Source: an uncultured delta proteobacterium (GTDB taxonomy: Bacteria; Desulfobacterota; Binatia; UBA9968). Taken from it: a stretch of DNA of 64,000 nucleotides. Below, piece by piece: positions 39,630 through 49,409 of this stretch. Each line of letters starts with the position of its first letter. The stretch's first letter is position 1. The notes beneath the pieces are model-generated. The model saw only the letters and a program-made list of their open reading frames with translations. It had not been told where the DNA came from and searched no databases. The DNA is taken from assembly GCA_963745035.1 (NCBI GenBank), contig CAVUVW010000016.1, positions 128,001-192,000 of the forward strand. The letters are read 5' to 3'. The position numbers and the translations under genes are program-made.

Positions 39630-40700
39630 TTAAGATTCTGAAACTGGACCGCCTACCGGGAGCCCGTATTTCTTGCGGATCTGCGTCAGAAAATCCTGCG
39701 CCGGTTTCGGGATCGAAGTGAGCTTCTTGATCATCGCCTCGGTCTTATCGCCTGCGTTGAGCGTCCAGGAGTCGCCAAAGAACTTTGTCGCAAGAGATTT
39801 GAACTCCTCGTCCTTGTTCATTCTCATGAAGGCCTCGCGCAACGCGGCGATCACGTTGTCCGGGGTTTTGGGCGGCGCCATCAAGAACTTGTCCAGGTCT
39901 TCGGAGTTGGCCCACGCCTGATAAGCTTCCCAGGAAACGCCGCTGGGACGCTTGTTTCCGAGATATTCGACGAAAGTCGGCACGTCGCGAAAGTCCGGGC
40001 GGCGCTCTTCATCCTGCTGATAGAGCAAGTCGACGCCGCCTTCTTTGCGCATGTCGGCGATGAGCCGGGCGTTGGAGGTCGCCCAGAGATCGATCTCACC
40101 TTGGCGCAATGCGAGCGATAACTCGCGGCTGCCCTTGTAGCCGTAGAGCCAGCGCAGGTTCCAGTTCATATACTCCGCGCTCCACACCGTCATGGACACC
40201 CAGGTGCGAATGCCGTCAGTGTCGCCGACGACGAGCTTGCGGGTTTTTGGATCGGTCAATGAATCCTTCAGCTCTTTGCGGACCATCAAGATGCTGCCGC
40301 CGCGGGCGATGGAGCCGACCGGGCGGCTTTTCCGATGATCGTACTTGATGCGCGGGCCGCCGCGATTCATGTTGCCGATGGCGGAAGAGGAGTCTTGCAG
40401 CAGGGTGAGCCCGTCCGGTTTTGCGTTGGCGTAAAAATGATTGTTGGCGGTGATGCCACCGCCGCCGGGCATGTTCTGCACGACCGTGACCGGATTGCCG
40501 GGCAAGTACTTGGGTAGGAACTGCGAAATCAGACGTCCCGCCGTGTCGGTGCCGCCGCCGGGGCTCGACGTGATGAGAATCGTCAAGGTCTTGCCCTGAA
40601 AATTCACCGGAGCGTTGGCGGCACCGGCGACACCCGCGAAAGCGAACAGCATTGCCAAGGAGGTCATGAGCGCTCGAATCCTCAGGGTGGAGCCATTCAT
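39630..40700 (-). CDS. tctC: TctC-like binding protein
   Basis: GGAGG RBS; signal peptide; SPGGGTD, YLPGNP..QNMPGGGG, KPDGLT. Confidence 0.85.
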   Translation of the reverse strand: MNGSTLRIRALMTSLAMLFAFAGVAGAANAPVNFQGKTLTILITSSPGGGTDTAGRLISQFLPKYLPGNPVTVVQNMPGGGGITANNHFYANAKPDGLTLLQDSSSAIGNMNRGGPRIKYDHRKSRPVGSIARGGSILMVRKELKDSLTDPKTRKLVVGDTDGIRTWVSMTVWSAEYMNWNLRWLYGYKGSRELSLALRQGEIDLWATSNARLIADMRKEGGVDLLYQQDEERRPDFRDVPTFVEYLGNKRPSGVSWEAYQAWANSEDLDKFLMAPPKTPDNVIAALREAFMRMNKDEEFKSLATKFFGDSWTLNAGDKTEAMIKKLTSIPKPAQDFLTQIRKKYGLPVGGPVSES

Positions 40701-40752
40701 ATTCGCCTCCTTTACCGGAGCATCAGAACTTTGCGATCCCTGGTACTCGCAT

Positions 40753-41665
40753 TTACGTGCGATACAGATTGTCGATAAAGCCGCTGTCGTCGATGCGCCG
40801 CAGATAATGAAAATCCCAGAGCGCCATCGGATCGGTTTTTTCCGCCGCCTCTGTCCTGCTCGATGGAGATTTCGTAAACGTTGCTGATCGCAGGAATCGT
40901 TGCGTACGGTTTGGCCTGCAAGATGGTTTTTAAATCTTCGTAGAGATGAGTGGCCGTTTCGTCGTCGAGGTCGCCTTCGGCTTTGTATTTCTCCTTGATG
41001 ATCTTGATCGATTCGGCGCGGTGGGTCTTGAAGTAAGCGATGCCTTCGCAAATGCCGCGGAGCATTTTGTCGACGATGTCGGGATGTTTTTCGACGAAGG
41101 GCAAGCCGCTGGAAACCGTGGTAAACCACACCATCGGCAGAAACGGCACGTCGATGACTTTCAGCCCGGCGCGCTTGGACAAAATATCCGCCGGCGGCGT
41201 GACGAAGGCGGCGTCGGCTTCGCCGTCTCGTACCGCTTCCCAGTGAAACTTGCCTGCTTTGGCCTTCTCAACCTGGCAATCCCCAAGCAACCCGGACTGC
41301 TTGATGAAAAGCCAGGTGTTCAAGCCCGGGTGCTTGCCTTTGGTCGCGACTTTCTTGCCTCTGAGATCGGCAACTTTGTTGATGCCGGAGTCGGCGCGCA
41401 CGACCAGCCGATGATTGAGCAAACTGACGGTCTGGCCAAGGTACACCCATTTGTCGCCGGCCGGCCGCCGAATGTACGGTGAGAGATGATTGCCTCCGAC
41501 GAATTCAACGCTGCCGTCGGCGACGTTCTTGTGCGAATCTTCGGAGGTAATTTCGTAGTCGTAGTTGACGTCGAGGCCGTGCTTCGCCCATGAGCCCGAG
41601 TCGTGGACGACGTGCAGAAAAGTCAGGTGACTGTCCGAGCGATATGGAAAATTGACCTTGTCCAT
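40753..41665 (-). CDS. SsuA/NMT1-type binding protein without a signal peptide, frameshift near 40840
   Basis: WAKHGLDV, DLRGKKV; the shifted frame gives the family C-terminus RIDDSGFIDNLY. Confidence 0.78.
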
Positions 41666-41748
41666 GGCGTTCCTCCTCTTTGGTTCTCTCCTAGTCGAAG
41701 CGCTCGGCCGCGTCAAACGGTTTTGCAAATTGAAACGGTCATGAAAAC

Positions 41749-41837
41749 TCACCGCAGAGACGCTGAGTACGCGGAGGTGAGTGGAGATGGTTGCTCGAAA
41801 AATTTCGAACTCTGCATACTCTGCGCCTCGGCGGTGA
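41749..41837. repeat. Hairpin repeat CACCGCAGAGACGC.GAG...CTCTGCGCCTCGGCGGTG
   Basis: About 28-bp imperfect inverted arms between ubiD and the SBP gene. Confidence 0.7.
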
Positions 41838-41840
41838 AGG

Positions 41841-43263
41841 TCACTTGAGGCCGAGCTTGGGCGCCCATTTCTCCCAGATCTCTATCGCGCTTCTCAGCGC
41901 TGAATTTGTTCGCCATGGCGAAGCGATCGCGCCAGGGGAAGGGTTTGCAGGCGTCGATCAGCATGCGGCTCATAGTGAAGTCGCCCCTCTCGCGCTTGTC
42001 CGGCGGCAGGCGCGGGTCGAGATCGCTGGTCCAGGATTTGAGAATCTGCACCGATTCCGCCGGATCGACGCGCGTGCACATGGCCCAAATGACTTGTTTC
42101 AAGTCCACCGGATCGATGTCGTCATCTACGGCGATGTAGTAGCGGTACATGCTCGCGCCGGTCTGCATGCCGGCAATCGCGGTGAGCGCTTGCAGCGCCT
42201 GACCGGCATGTCTTTGGTTGAGTGACACGACGACCATCAAAGTATGGCAGTGGCACCATACGCCTTGGATGTCCGAGATGCCGGATTGTTCCAGGTGGTC
42301 CCAAATGCGCGCGGCGTAGAGTGGGATGCCATAGCGTTCTGTGATCGGCAGGAGCGGCGGGTTGCCGAGCAGGATCGGATCGTTCCGATAAAGAATCCGC
42401 TTGATCCGGACGACGCACTCGTTGCCGCTGTGCGTGTAATATCCCGGCCACTCGCCGAACGGTCCTTCGGCGTGGGACTCAACTTCGGGCGAAGGCATCT
42501 CGCCTTCGATGACGATCTCCGAGGTCGCCGGAACCGGCAATCCGGTGAAAGGCGCGCGGATCACTTCGAGAGGCGCGCCGCGCAGTGCGCCGGCGTATTC
42601 GTATTCGCTGACGCCTGCCTTGGCGGCCGACGGCGCGGCCAGCCAAGTGGCCGGCTCGCAGCCGAGCACGATGGCGACGGGGCAGGCGCGGCCTGCCTGC
42701 CAATACTTGCGCGCGATCTGCTTGCCGTGCTTGTGCTCGATGATCCACAGCGTCACGCGATCTTTGCCGGCGATGCAGGAACGATACGTGCCGACGTTGA
42801 ACCAACCGCTGTCGGGATCCTTGATGACCACCATGTCGCCGGTGCCGATGTAGCGGCCGCCGTCGTGTTCATGCCACTTGGGCGTGGGGAAAATACTGAG
42901 GTCGATACGATCGCCCTCGTGGACATTCTCGGTAATCGGGCCCGAAGAGACCTCCTTCGGCTTGAATGGTTTGAGATCGCGAATCTTGGTGCGCCAACTC
43001 TTGAGAATTTCTATTTTCGGCAAGTCGGTAGGCAAGCCGAGAGCGAGCGCGAAGCGGCGCGCGCTGGCGAGCACATTGGCGGCGATGCGAAAACCTTGGG
43101 GATGATCGACGATATTGTCGAACAGCAGGAGGGGGCCTTCTTGCTCGGCCATCAATTCGGTGAGGCAACCGATCTCGAGATCCCAGTGCGCGCCGTCGAT
43201 GTTTTTGACTTCGCCGATGCGCGCGGCGGCGTCGATGAAGGATCTTAGATCGTTAAACGCCAT
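41841..43263 (-). CDS. UbiD family decarboxylase (C-terminal frameshift near 41885)
   Basis: DLRSFID, PKWHEHDGGRYIGT, NVGTYR, EGPFGEWPGYY, VDDDID, IDAC. Confidence 0.92.
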
Positions 43264-43303
43264 TTCATTGCTCAAACTCAGAAAAAGACCAATTTTTTCG
43301 GAG

Positions 43304-43341
43304 CCCTCACCCTCGCCCTCTCCCACTTCCTGGGCGAGGGA
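43304..43341. repeat. REP-like palindrome (CCCTCACCC..CCCTCTCCC..GGGCGAGGG)
   Basis: Same family as 12827..12908. Confidence 0.7.
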
Positions 43342-43349
43342 TCTGACAG

Positions 43350-44369
43350 CTACGTTCTGGTTTCTTCGCGAAAAAAACCTAGAGCTTCGATCGCGGGACG
43401 ATCATTGATCGAAAAAAGGATTGCCGGCTCGGAGGAGCGATTTTCATGAGCGTGCCAATTCCATAGCGGCACGACGAAGGAATCTCCCTGCTCCCAGTCA
43501 AATTTCTCATCGCCGATCAGGGTTGTGCCCGATCCGCGAAAAGCGTGATAAACGACCGTGTAGGTGTGGCGGTGCGAGCGGCCTTTTTCGCCGGGGCGAA
43601 ACATCTGCACTTCACAATTCACGGTCGGCAACGTCGAGCCGCCGCTGAGCGGATCGGAGTAGCGCAGGAGGACACCATCGTAAGGATCACCGGGGACTTC
43701 GGCGCTTGATGCGAAAGCTTTCTCGGTCTCCTTCCAGGCATACCGATAAGGCGGACGATAGTTTTTTGAGACCTGCTCTGGCACCGATTGTGGGCGCAAG
43801 ACATTGTAGGTTTTTTGCGACCAACCAGTCGGCTTTGTTACCGGCTGCTGCCGGTCATGAAACGGATTGGCGAAACCCGCTTGATAGTAGTGCAGCATCG
43901 GTCCGTCGGCGCCGTCGAGCCAGACGATCGGCGTATCGCCGCTGTTGACGTGATCGTGCCAGCTCCAGCTCGGCGTCGTGATCAGATCGCCGGGTTCCAT
44001 GGGCAGCGGCTCGCCTTCGACCACCGTCGCAGCGCCGTGGCCTTCGACGACGAAACGGATCGCGCCCATGGTATGACGATGCGCCGGCGCGAACTCGCCG
44101 GGCCGAACCATTTGCGCGCCCATGAGCAAAGTGTGCGCCGTGCCGAGCTTCAAGTCGGGATGCTGGTAGCCGATGAATCGACGAAAGGCGTCTTCGGGCC
44201 GAATGAAATGCGCGGCTTGGTCGAGCGCCGCGCGGATCTCGTTCCATTTCCATAGAAACGGCCGGAAGTTGGCTTCCGGCTCGCGAAAGCCGGTGCTGGT
44301 GTTGGGAATTGTCCAATAACCGATCAGGTGCTGCTCTTTGAGTTTCTGATTCAGTTCTTCTAGCGACAT
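43350..44369 (-). CDS. Bicupin ring-cleaving dioxygenase, gentisate 1,2-dioxygenase-like
   Basis: PAHRHT..AIRFVVEG, TPSWSWHDH, WLDG.D.P, SHRHT, VPLWNWHAH. Confidence 0.88.
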   Translation of the reverse strand: MSLEELNQKLKEQHLIGYWTIPNTSTGFREPEANFRPFLWKWNEIRAALDQAAHFIRPEDAFRRFIGYQHPDLKLGTAHTLLMGAQMVRPGEFAPAHRHTMGAIRFVVEGHGAATVVEGEPLPMEPGDLITTPSWSWHDHVNSGDTPIVWLDGADGPMLHYYQAGFANPFHDRQQPVTKPTGWSQKTYNVLRPQSVPEQVSKNYRPPYRYAWKETEKAFASSAEVPGDPYDGVLLRYSDPLSGGSTLPTVNCEVQMFRPGEKGRSHRHTYTVVYHAFRGSGTTLIGDEKFDWEQGDSFVVPLWNWHAHENRSSEPAILFSINDRPAIEALGFFREETRT

Positions 44370-44385
44370 TTGTCCTCGCTTCGCC

Positions 44386-44477
44386 CGGAATCTCAGATTT
44401 CAAATTTCAGAGCGTACAGCTTCGTGCTATTTGGGATCTGAAATCTGAGATTCCGAAAGCGGCTGAGCCGCTTTCGG
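44386..44477. repeat. Perfect 17-bp inverted repeat plus an adjoining GC hairpin just downstream of the HDO gene
   Basis: cggaatctcagatttca / tgaaatctgagattccg; ccgaaagcggc-tga-gccgctttcgg. Confidence 0.7.
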
Positions 44478-45221
44478 CTAATGCGTGGCGGCGTAGCAGC
44501 CGTCCATGAATATCTTGTTCAAATCCGCCGGCGTCACCGCACAATATTGCGCCGAGTAGCCGGGTCGCTCGTTGACGCCTTCCTGCAGGAGCCGGACGAG
44601 CACCTCCTGGGTTACCGCGCCGTGCGCTTTGCGATCCAGGTGATCCATGGTGTCGGCTTCGTGGTGCTTAGAAAAATAGCTCGCATCGGCGGTCGAGAGA
44701 CCATAGTGCATGGTGAGGGCGTTAAAAAAATCCAGGCAAGAATTTCCAAAGGGATGCTCCCACAGAACCGAAAACCAGTATTCCTGGATTTGGCCATCGT
44801 TGATCAGGGTACGATGAAAGTCCGGCAGCGCCCGGCATTCGGGCAACATCGGCGAGAGCAGGACCTCTTCTTTCGTAAGGCCCAAAGCCTTGCCCGTGCT
44901 CATGAGAATTTGAATATGCCCCGGCGGGCAGGGATGGCCGAACTCATCGAGGACCTTTTGCGTATAGACTTCCATCAGATCGACGTTTTTCACAAAAAAC
45001 CATAGATGCTTGTAGAAGGCCGAGGTGTAAACCGAGTTGATCACCGGAACGAAAGCGCCCCAGTTCTTGTAGAAAAGCTGGATGGTCTCTTTTTTGAGTT
45101 TTCCTTCGCGCAATTCGTTCATGAAACGAGTCTTGTCGACCGTCTCCTTCCAACGCCTGTCGCACTTTGCCGCCAGTTCGGCGACAAATTCTTTTGCTTG
45201 GGTGTCGTTCAACTTGAGCAT
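44478..45221 (-). CDS. Heme-oxygenase-like diiron protein, subfamily B, copy 2
   Basis: DEFGHPCPPGH, LWEH, YFSKHHEADTMDH..AH. Paralog of 36701..37468. Confidence 0.8.
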   Translation of the reverse strand: MLKLNDTQAKEFVAELAAKCDRRWKETVDKTRFMNELREGKLKKETIQLFYKNWGAFVPVINSVYTSAFYKHLWFFVKNVDLMEVYTQKVLDEFGHPCPPGHIQILMSTGKALGLTKEEVLLSPMLPECRALPDFHRTLINDGQIQEYWFSVLWEHPFGNSCLDFFNALTMHYGLSTADASYFSKHHEADTMDHLDRKAHGAVTQEVLVRLLQEGVNERPGYSAQYCAVTPADLNKIFMDGCYAATH

Positions 45222-45361
45222 CTCGGCTCCTTCTGAATAGTCGAGAATTCTCTCCCCCCTTAATGCACACCCGCCGAGGTGTCAAGGCGACCTTTACGCG
45301 TCCTTGCTGAGAATGACTCTCCTGAGCTAGAATCGAAAAATCACCTGAGGAGGATTTAAAC

Positions 45362-45718
45362 ATGGACGTGGCCAACCTCGAAGAATTGATGAAGACGGCG
45401 AAGCGAAAAATCGACCTATTCGGCACGGATAATTTTCGCTCCTGGATGCTCTATTTCGTTCCGGGCGACGGCACTGACATGCATTATCATGCCAATCCGG
45501 AGACTTTTCTTGTCCTGTCGGGCAGCGGAGTGGTCAAAGGTTTGAAGGGGGAAGAGCGGCCGATTCAAAAGAACGAGGTACTTTTTTTGAACGCCAAGGA
45601 TTATTACCAGATCACCAACACCGGCAGCGAACCGTTGGTGTTGTTTGGCAATCGCTCCGAGCCGTTTGGCGGACCTCATATTAAAGCGGACGGCACGAAC
45701 CGCAATGCCCAGGCGTGA
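45362..45718 (+). CDS. Monocupin domain protein
   Basis: GAGGAGG RBS; MHYHANPETFLVLSG, ITNTGSEPL. Confidence 0.8.
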   Translation: MDVANLEELMKTAKRKIDLFGTDNFRSWMLYFVPGDGTDMHYHANPETFLVLSGSGVVKGLKGEERPIQKNEVLFLNAKDYYQITNTGSEPLVLFGNRSEPFGGPHIKADGTNRNAQA

Positions 45719-45742
45719 TCGTTCTCAACGGACCGGTCTCGA

Positions 45743-45771
45743 TTGACAACTTGGAAGCCAATGATTAATTT
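45743..45771 (+). promoter_or_regulatory. Putative sigma70 promoter of the FmdB-family gene
   Basis: TTGACA-N17-TAATTT. Confidence 0.4.
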
Positions 45772-45802
45772 GCTCAAGAAACGCGCACATTAAGGATCTT
45801 TC

Positions 45803-46147
45803 ATGCCTATTTATGAGTACGACTGTCAGAGATGCGGAACCTTTGAAGCGACACAGAGAATTACCGACAAGCCTTTGGCCAAGTGTCCCACCTGCAAGAG
45901 CAAAGTGAGAAAGCTCATTTCCAATACGTCGTTTCAATTGAAGGGTACCGGTTGGTACGTCACCGACTACGCCCGCAAGGGCAAAAGTGAGGACGGCAAG
46001 AGCGATACTGCCAAGACCGAGAGCTCCAAGAACGAAGGCGCCTCTAAGCCCACTGCCGAATCAAAGAGCGAATCCAAAAAAAGCGACAGTTCAACGAAGA
46101 GCGCCGGCGATAAGGGCTCTTCGGCCACGAGCACCGCTTCGACTTGA
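45803..46147 (+). CDS. FmdB family zinc-ribbon regulatory protein
   Basis: [26 protein letters not shown], Ser/Lys-rich tail. Confidence 0.92.
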   Translation: MPIYEYDCQRCGTFEATQRITDKPLAKCPTCKSKVRKLISNTSFQLKGTGWYVTDYARKGKSEDGKSDTAKTESSKNEGASKPTAESKSESKKSDSSTKSAGDKGSSATSTAST

Positions 46148-46189
46148 GGACCACCACCACCCCGACTTTTCGAAAATCGCGATTTTCAA

Positions 46190-46224
46190 TCGACGGCGCC
46201 TCTCAAGGGCGCCGTCGGCGTTTT
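46190..46224 (+). terminator. Possible terminator hairpin
   Basis: cgacggcgcc-tctcaag-ggcgccgtcg followed by gcgtttt. Confidence 0.45.
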
Positions 46225-46332
46225 GGCGGAACTTTGCACGCTGCGGCTTGAAAAAGGGGCTAGATTTGAAAATTGATTTTCGCTATAGCTGGAAACAGTC
46301 ATCAAAAAAATAGCTGAAGGAGGTTTCGATCA

Positions 46333-47064
46333 ATGGCGCAGACTATTGATAATATCGTTGACCCCAGTGATTCCAGCCTGACATCGGAAATGGTTCAGTT
46401 TGCTGGACCCGCCGGTAACGTGAATGCGTACGTTTCACGACCCAAGGACGGAAAAAACCTCGGCACTGTAATCGTGATTCACGAAAACCGAGGGCTAGTC
46501 GGACATATCAAGGATGTCGCGCGGCGCTTCGCGAAGGACGGCTTTGCGGCGATCGCGGTGGATTGTATGAGCCGCATCGGAGGCAGCGACAAATGGAACG
46601 GTAGCGATGAGGCGACCAAAGAAATCCAAAAGGTAAACGGCACCATGGTCGCCGAGGATTTGAGCGCGGCCGTAGCTCACATGAAAAAGCAGAACTACGT
46701 CAACGGTAAGTTCGGCGTGGTCGGCTACTGCTGGGGCGGCGGGCAATCGCTCAATTTTGCGACGAAATCGAAGGATCTCAATGCCGCCGTGGTTTATTAT
46801 GGCCGCAATCCCGAGCTCGATGCGGTCGCGAATATTCCGTGCAAGGTGATGGGAAATTACGCCGAAGATGATCCCAACATCATGCCGGGCGTTGAGCCGC
46901 TAAAAGCTGCAATGGCAAAAGCGGGAAAGAACTTCGACGTGAAAGTTTATCCGGGCGCAAAGCACGCCTTCAACAACAACACCAACGCGGATCGCTACAA
47001 TCCGGATGCGGCGAAGGACGCCTGGGCGAGAACGACGAAATTTTTTAAAGAGAATTTAGCGTAA
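46333..47064 (+). CDS. Dienelactone hydrolase family (YghX-like)
   Basis: IHENRGL, GYCWGG, YYG, KHAF, AW.RT..FF. Confidence 0.9.
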   Translation: MAQTIDNIVDPSDSSLTSEMVQFAGPAGNVNAYVSRPKDGKNLGTVIVIHENRGLVGHIKDVARRFAKDGFAAIAVDCMSRIGGSDKWNGSDEATKEIQKVNGTMVAEDLSAAVAHMKKQNYVNGKFGVVGYCWGGGQSLNFATKSKDLNAAVVYYGRNPELDAVANIPCKVMGNYAEDDPNIMPGVEPLKAAMAKAGKNFDVKVYPGAKHAFNNNTNADRYNPDAAKDAWARTTKFFKENLA

Positions 47065-47082
47065 GCGACTGATCATCGCTCG

Positions 47083-47125
47083 ACAACGGCACGCGGCCTT
47101 TTCATTGGAGGCTGCGTGCCGTTGT
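47083..47125. terminator. Hairpin between convergent genes
   Basis: acaacggcacgcggcct-tttcattgg-aggctgcgtgccgttgt. Confidence 0.6.
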
Positions 47126-47451
47126 TATTTGGTGGCGGCAATTTCCGGGCGATCGCCGATAGCGGTGCGGGCGAGCTCCGGGGTGATTACGTATGGTCCC
47201 TCGGTAGTATCTCGCCAGACTTGGCGGGTCACTTCGGTGTCGCCGCCCGTAACTACGTAAGATAACGCGCCGCTCAACGCGCCGATCGTGAGCGAAATGG
47301 CTTTGATCGGCAAGAACAACAGATTCCCGGCGGTTACGCCGACCCCGACTCCGGCCTTTTCGATCGCCTCCTCCGCTTTCAACAAAGCGGGAGACAGGCC
47401 GATCAGAGTCGAAACCAGCACAGCGAGCGAAAGCTGCCGGAGCTTGACCAT
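47125..47451 (-). CDS. Exported/membrane hypothetical protein
   Basis: GGAGG RBS, signal peptide, hydrophobic glycine-rich segment. Confidence 0.65.
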   Translation of the reverse strand: MVKLRQLSLAVLVSTLIGLSPALLKAEEAIEKAGVGVGVTAGNLLFLPIKAISLTIGALSGALSYVVTGGDTEVTRQVWRDTTEGPYVITPELARTAIGDRPEIAATK

Positions 47452-47455
47452 CGCG

Positions 47456-47806
47456 TTATCCTCCAAAAAACATCTTCGACCGGATGGCATCGACGCCGTG
47501 GGTCGGGTTCCAGTAGCGGCGCACGCCGAAGTAATAGCAGCAAGCTTCATTGTCGAGATCGTTGTTGAAGCAGCGCAATTGTCCGTCCTGAAAGCGCACC
47601 CGCGCCAGACAGGTGCCGCCGGGAACCGATGAGGTCATCACTTCCATGACCACGCCGATGCCCCACTCCTCGTAGCGCAAATGATTCACCTCATCACCGA
47701 CGCGGAGGTAGAGCCGTTTGCCGTCGCTCAGGGCCACGGACTTGTCGGCGCGTCGGTTGAAATGTTTGAGCGTCAGGGCGACATCCGGATTGTGCGATTC
47801 CCACAC
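47456..47806 (-). CDS. DUF3553-like small SH3-fold protein
   Basis: LRVGDEVNH..EEWGIGVV..RVRFQDG; start uncertain. Confidence 0.65.
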   Translation of the reverse strand: MWESHNPDVALTLKHFNRRADKSVALSDGKRLYLRVGDEVNHLRYEEWGIGVVMEVMTSSVPGGTCLARVRFQDGQLRCFNNDLDNEACCYYFGVRRYWNPTHGVDAIRSKMFFGG

Positions 47807-48055
47807 GCGTTGCCGTTTCGCGCCGGCGGTTCAAGGCGCTTTCTTGAAGCGCGCGCTTGATCCGGGAGCGCCGCGCCGCCCTTGTGCGAAGAATTCCGCT
47901 TGCTCACAACCTTTCCTTCAATCGCATGTTCCCGTGAATCCATCTCGGTTGTTTTGAACATAATCACCGAAATCGACTTCCATAGTCAAGGTCCCGCGGC
48001 GCGCTTTTCGGCAGCTTATTCGTTGGTGCGGCAGTCGTCGGCTTGCACCGCCGAG

Positions 48056-48931
48056 TTACTGCAGATCGAAGAACGACGCGACCACTTCCGCCAATTGCGC
48101 CGGATTGTCCTGATGGATCATATGGCCGGCGCGGGCGACGGTCAGAATTCGGTGGTCTCGGATGGCGGCGTAGCGCTGCTGTTTGTCGGTGCGCCGGGTC
48201 TGGCGGCTCTCTGCGCCGTCGACGATCAGCACCGGGCATGCGATGCGTCGGAAAAATTCCAGCGCTTGCGCCGTGTAAAACGGCTGCGGCGCGGCGGTGC
48301 GGTGCAATGGATCGAATTTCCAAACCCATTTGCCGTTGGCATTCTGCTTCATGCCGGCGTGCGCCAGATCGAAGGCAAATTCTTTCTTGAGCCGCGGATT
48401 GGTTTGCTGCAGTTGAGTGGCGCCGGCCGCGACGCTTGTGTACTCGCGAAAGTGGTTGCGGCCGCGTTCATGCCAGTCGCCGATCCAACCGGCCATTCGC
48501 GACGGCGCGTCGGTAAAATCCATTCCCGGAGGTCCGACCCCTTCGATCAAGACGAGGTGGGCCAAGCGTTCGGGAAACGTGCCGGCGTAGAGAAAAGAAA
48601 TAGTGCCGCCCATCGAATGACCGATCAGATTGAATCGGGTGAGGCCGAGCGTCCTGACGACACAATCCAGATCATAAACATAATCCGGAAAATGGTAGTA
48701 ACCGCCGGCGCCGACCCAGCCGCTATCACCGTGGCCGCGGCAGTCGGGGGCGATGATCCAGAGAGGGCGTTCGGCCCGCTCGAGCAGCTCGGCGACGAAG
48801 AATTTCCAGCTCTGCGCCTGGTCGAGAAAGCCGTGCACGAGAACGACTGGTTCGCCGGTCGGATCGCCCCACTCCAGACAGTGAATCGACAGCCCCTGAG
48901 AATCGACGATCCTGTGGCGCGGCGCCGTCAT
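48056..48931 (-). CDS. Alpha/beta hydrolase
   Basis: HGFLD, DCRGHGDS, GHSMGG, AGHMIH. Confidence 0.9.
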   Translation of the reverse strand: MTAPRHRIVDSQGLSIHCLEWGDPTGEPVVLVHGFLDQAQSWKFFVAELLERAERPLWIIAPDCRGHGDSGWVGAGGYYHFPDYVYDLDCVVRTLGLTRFNLIGHSMGGTISFLYAGTFPERLAHLVLIEGVGPPGMDFTDAPSRMAGWIGDWHERGRNHFREYTSVAAGATQLQQTNPRLKKEFAFDLAHAGMKQNANGKWVWKFDPLHRTAAPQPFYTAQALEFFRRIACPVLIVDGAESRQTRRTDKQQRYAAIRDHRILTVARAGHMIHQDNPAQLAEVVASFFDLQ

Positions 48932-48935
48932 GGAG

Positions 48936-49409
48936 TTAGGTTTTGCGGAGCGGCAGCTCGACGAAATCTTTGCTCTCGTCGGACCAGGCAAATGCTTTGA
49001 CGTCTTTCACGGCGCGGTTGTACACCGATACGACGATCTGAGCCGCGCCCGGGAAGGTCGGCTCGCCGAACGGAGTCGCGAACGCCTTGTCCTCCGCGGA
49101 GAAGTAGGCTTCGTGCTCGGGGTGAGAGTGATAGAATGCCTTGAGCTTGGCGCCGGCGCGATCTTCCGCTTGAAGAATCGATTCCAGCTCTCGCGGATCC
49201 ATGGCGTAGGCGATGACCGCCGTGCGCGGGTAGGTCAGCGGATCGAGCGCGTGGAGCTTGTTCTGAATGTTCTCCACCCGGCGCACCCGGTCCGTACCGC
49301 CGTCGGAAAAGACCAGCCCACAACACTCTTCCGGGAAAGCTTCTTGAGAATGGCGCGCGATCTCATCCCACGCGCGTTGACCGAGATGAATTTCTCCGCG
49401 TACGCTCAT
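48936..49409 (-). CDS. JAMM/MPN+ (M67, Mec-like) metallopeptidase
   Basis: PEECCG, YHSHP..AYFSAED. Confidence 0.88.
   Translation of the reverse strand: MSVRGEIHLGQRAWDEIARHSQEAFPEECCGLVFSDGGTDRVRRVENIQNKLHALDPLTYPRTAVIAYAMDPRELESILQAEDRAGAKLKAFYHSHPEHEAYFSAEDKAFATPFGEPTFPGAAQIVVSVYNRAVKDVKAFAWSDESKDFVELPLRKT

Noticed and set aside
39630-41129. 499-aa extended TctC ORF
   Set aside because: The upstream part is an off-frame reading of the preceding SBP gene; the RBS and signal peptide place the start at 40700.
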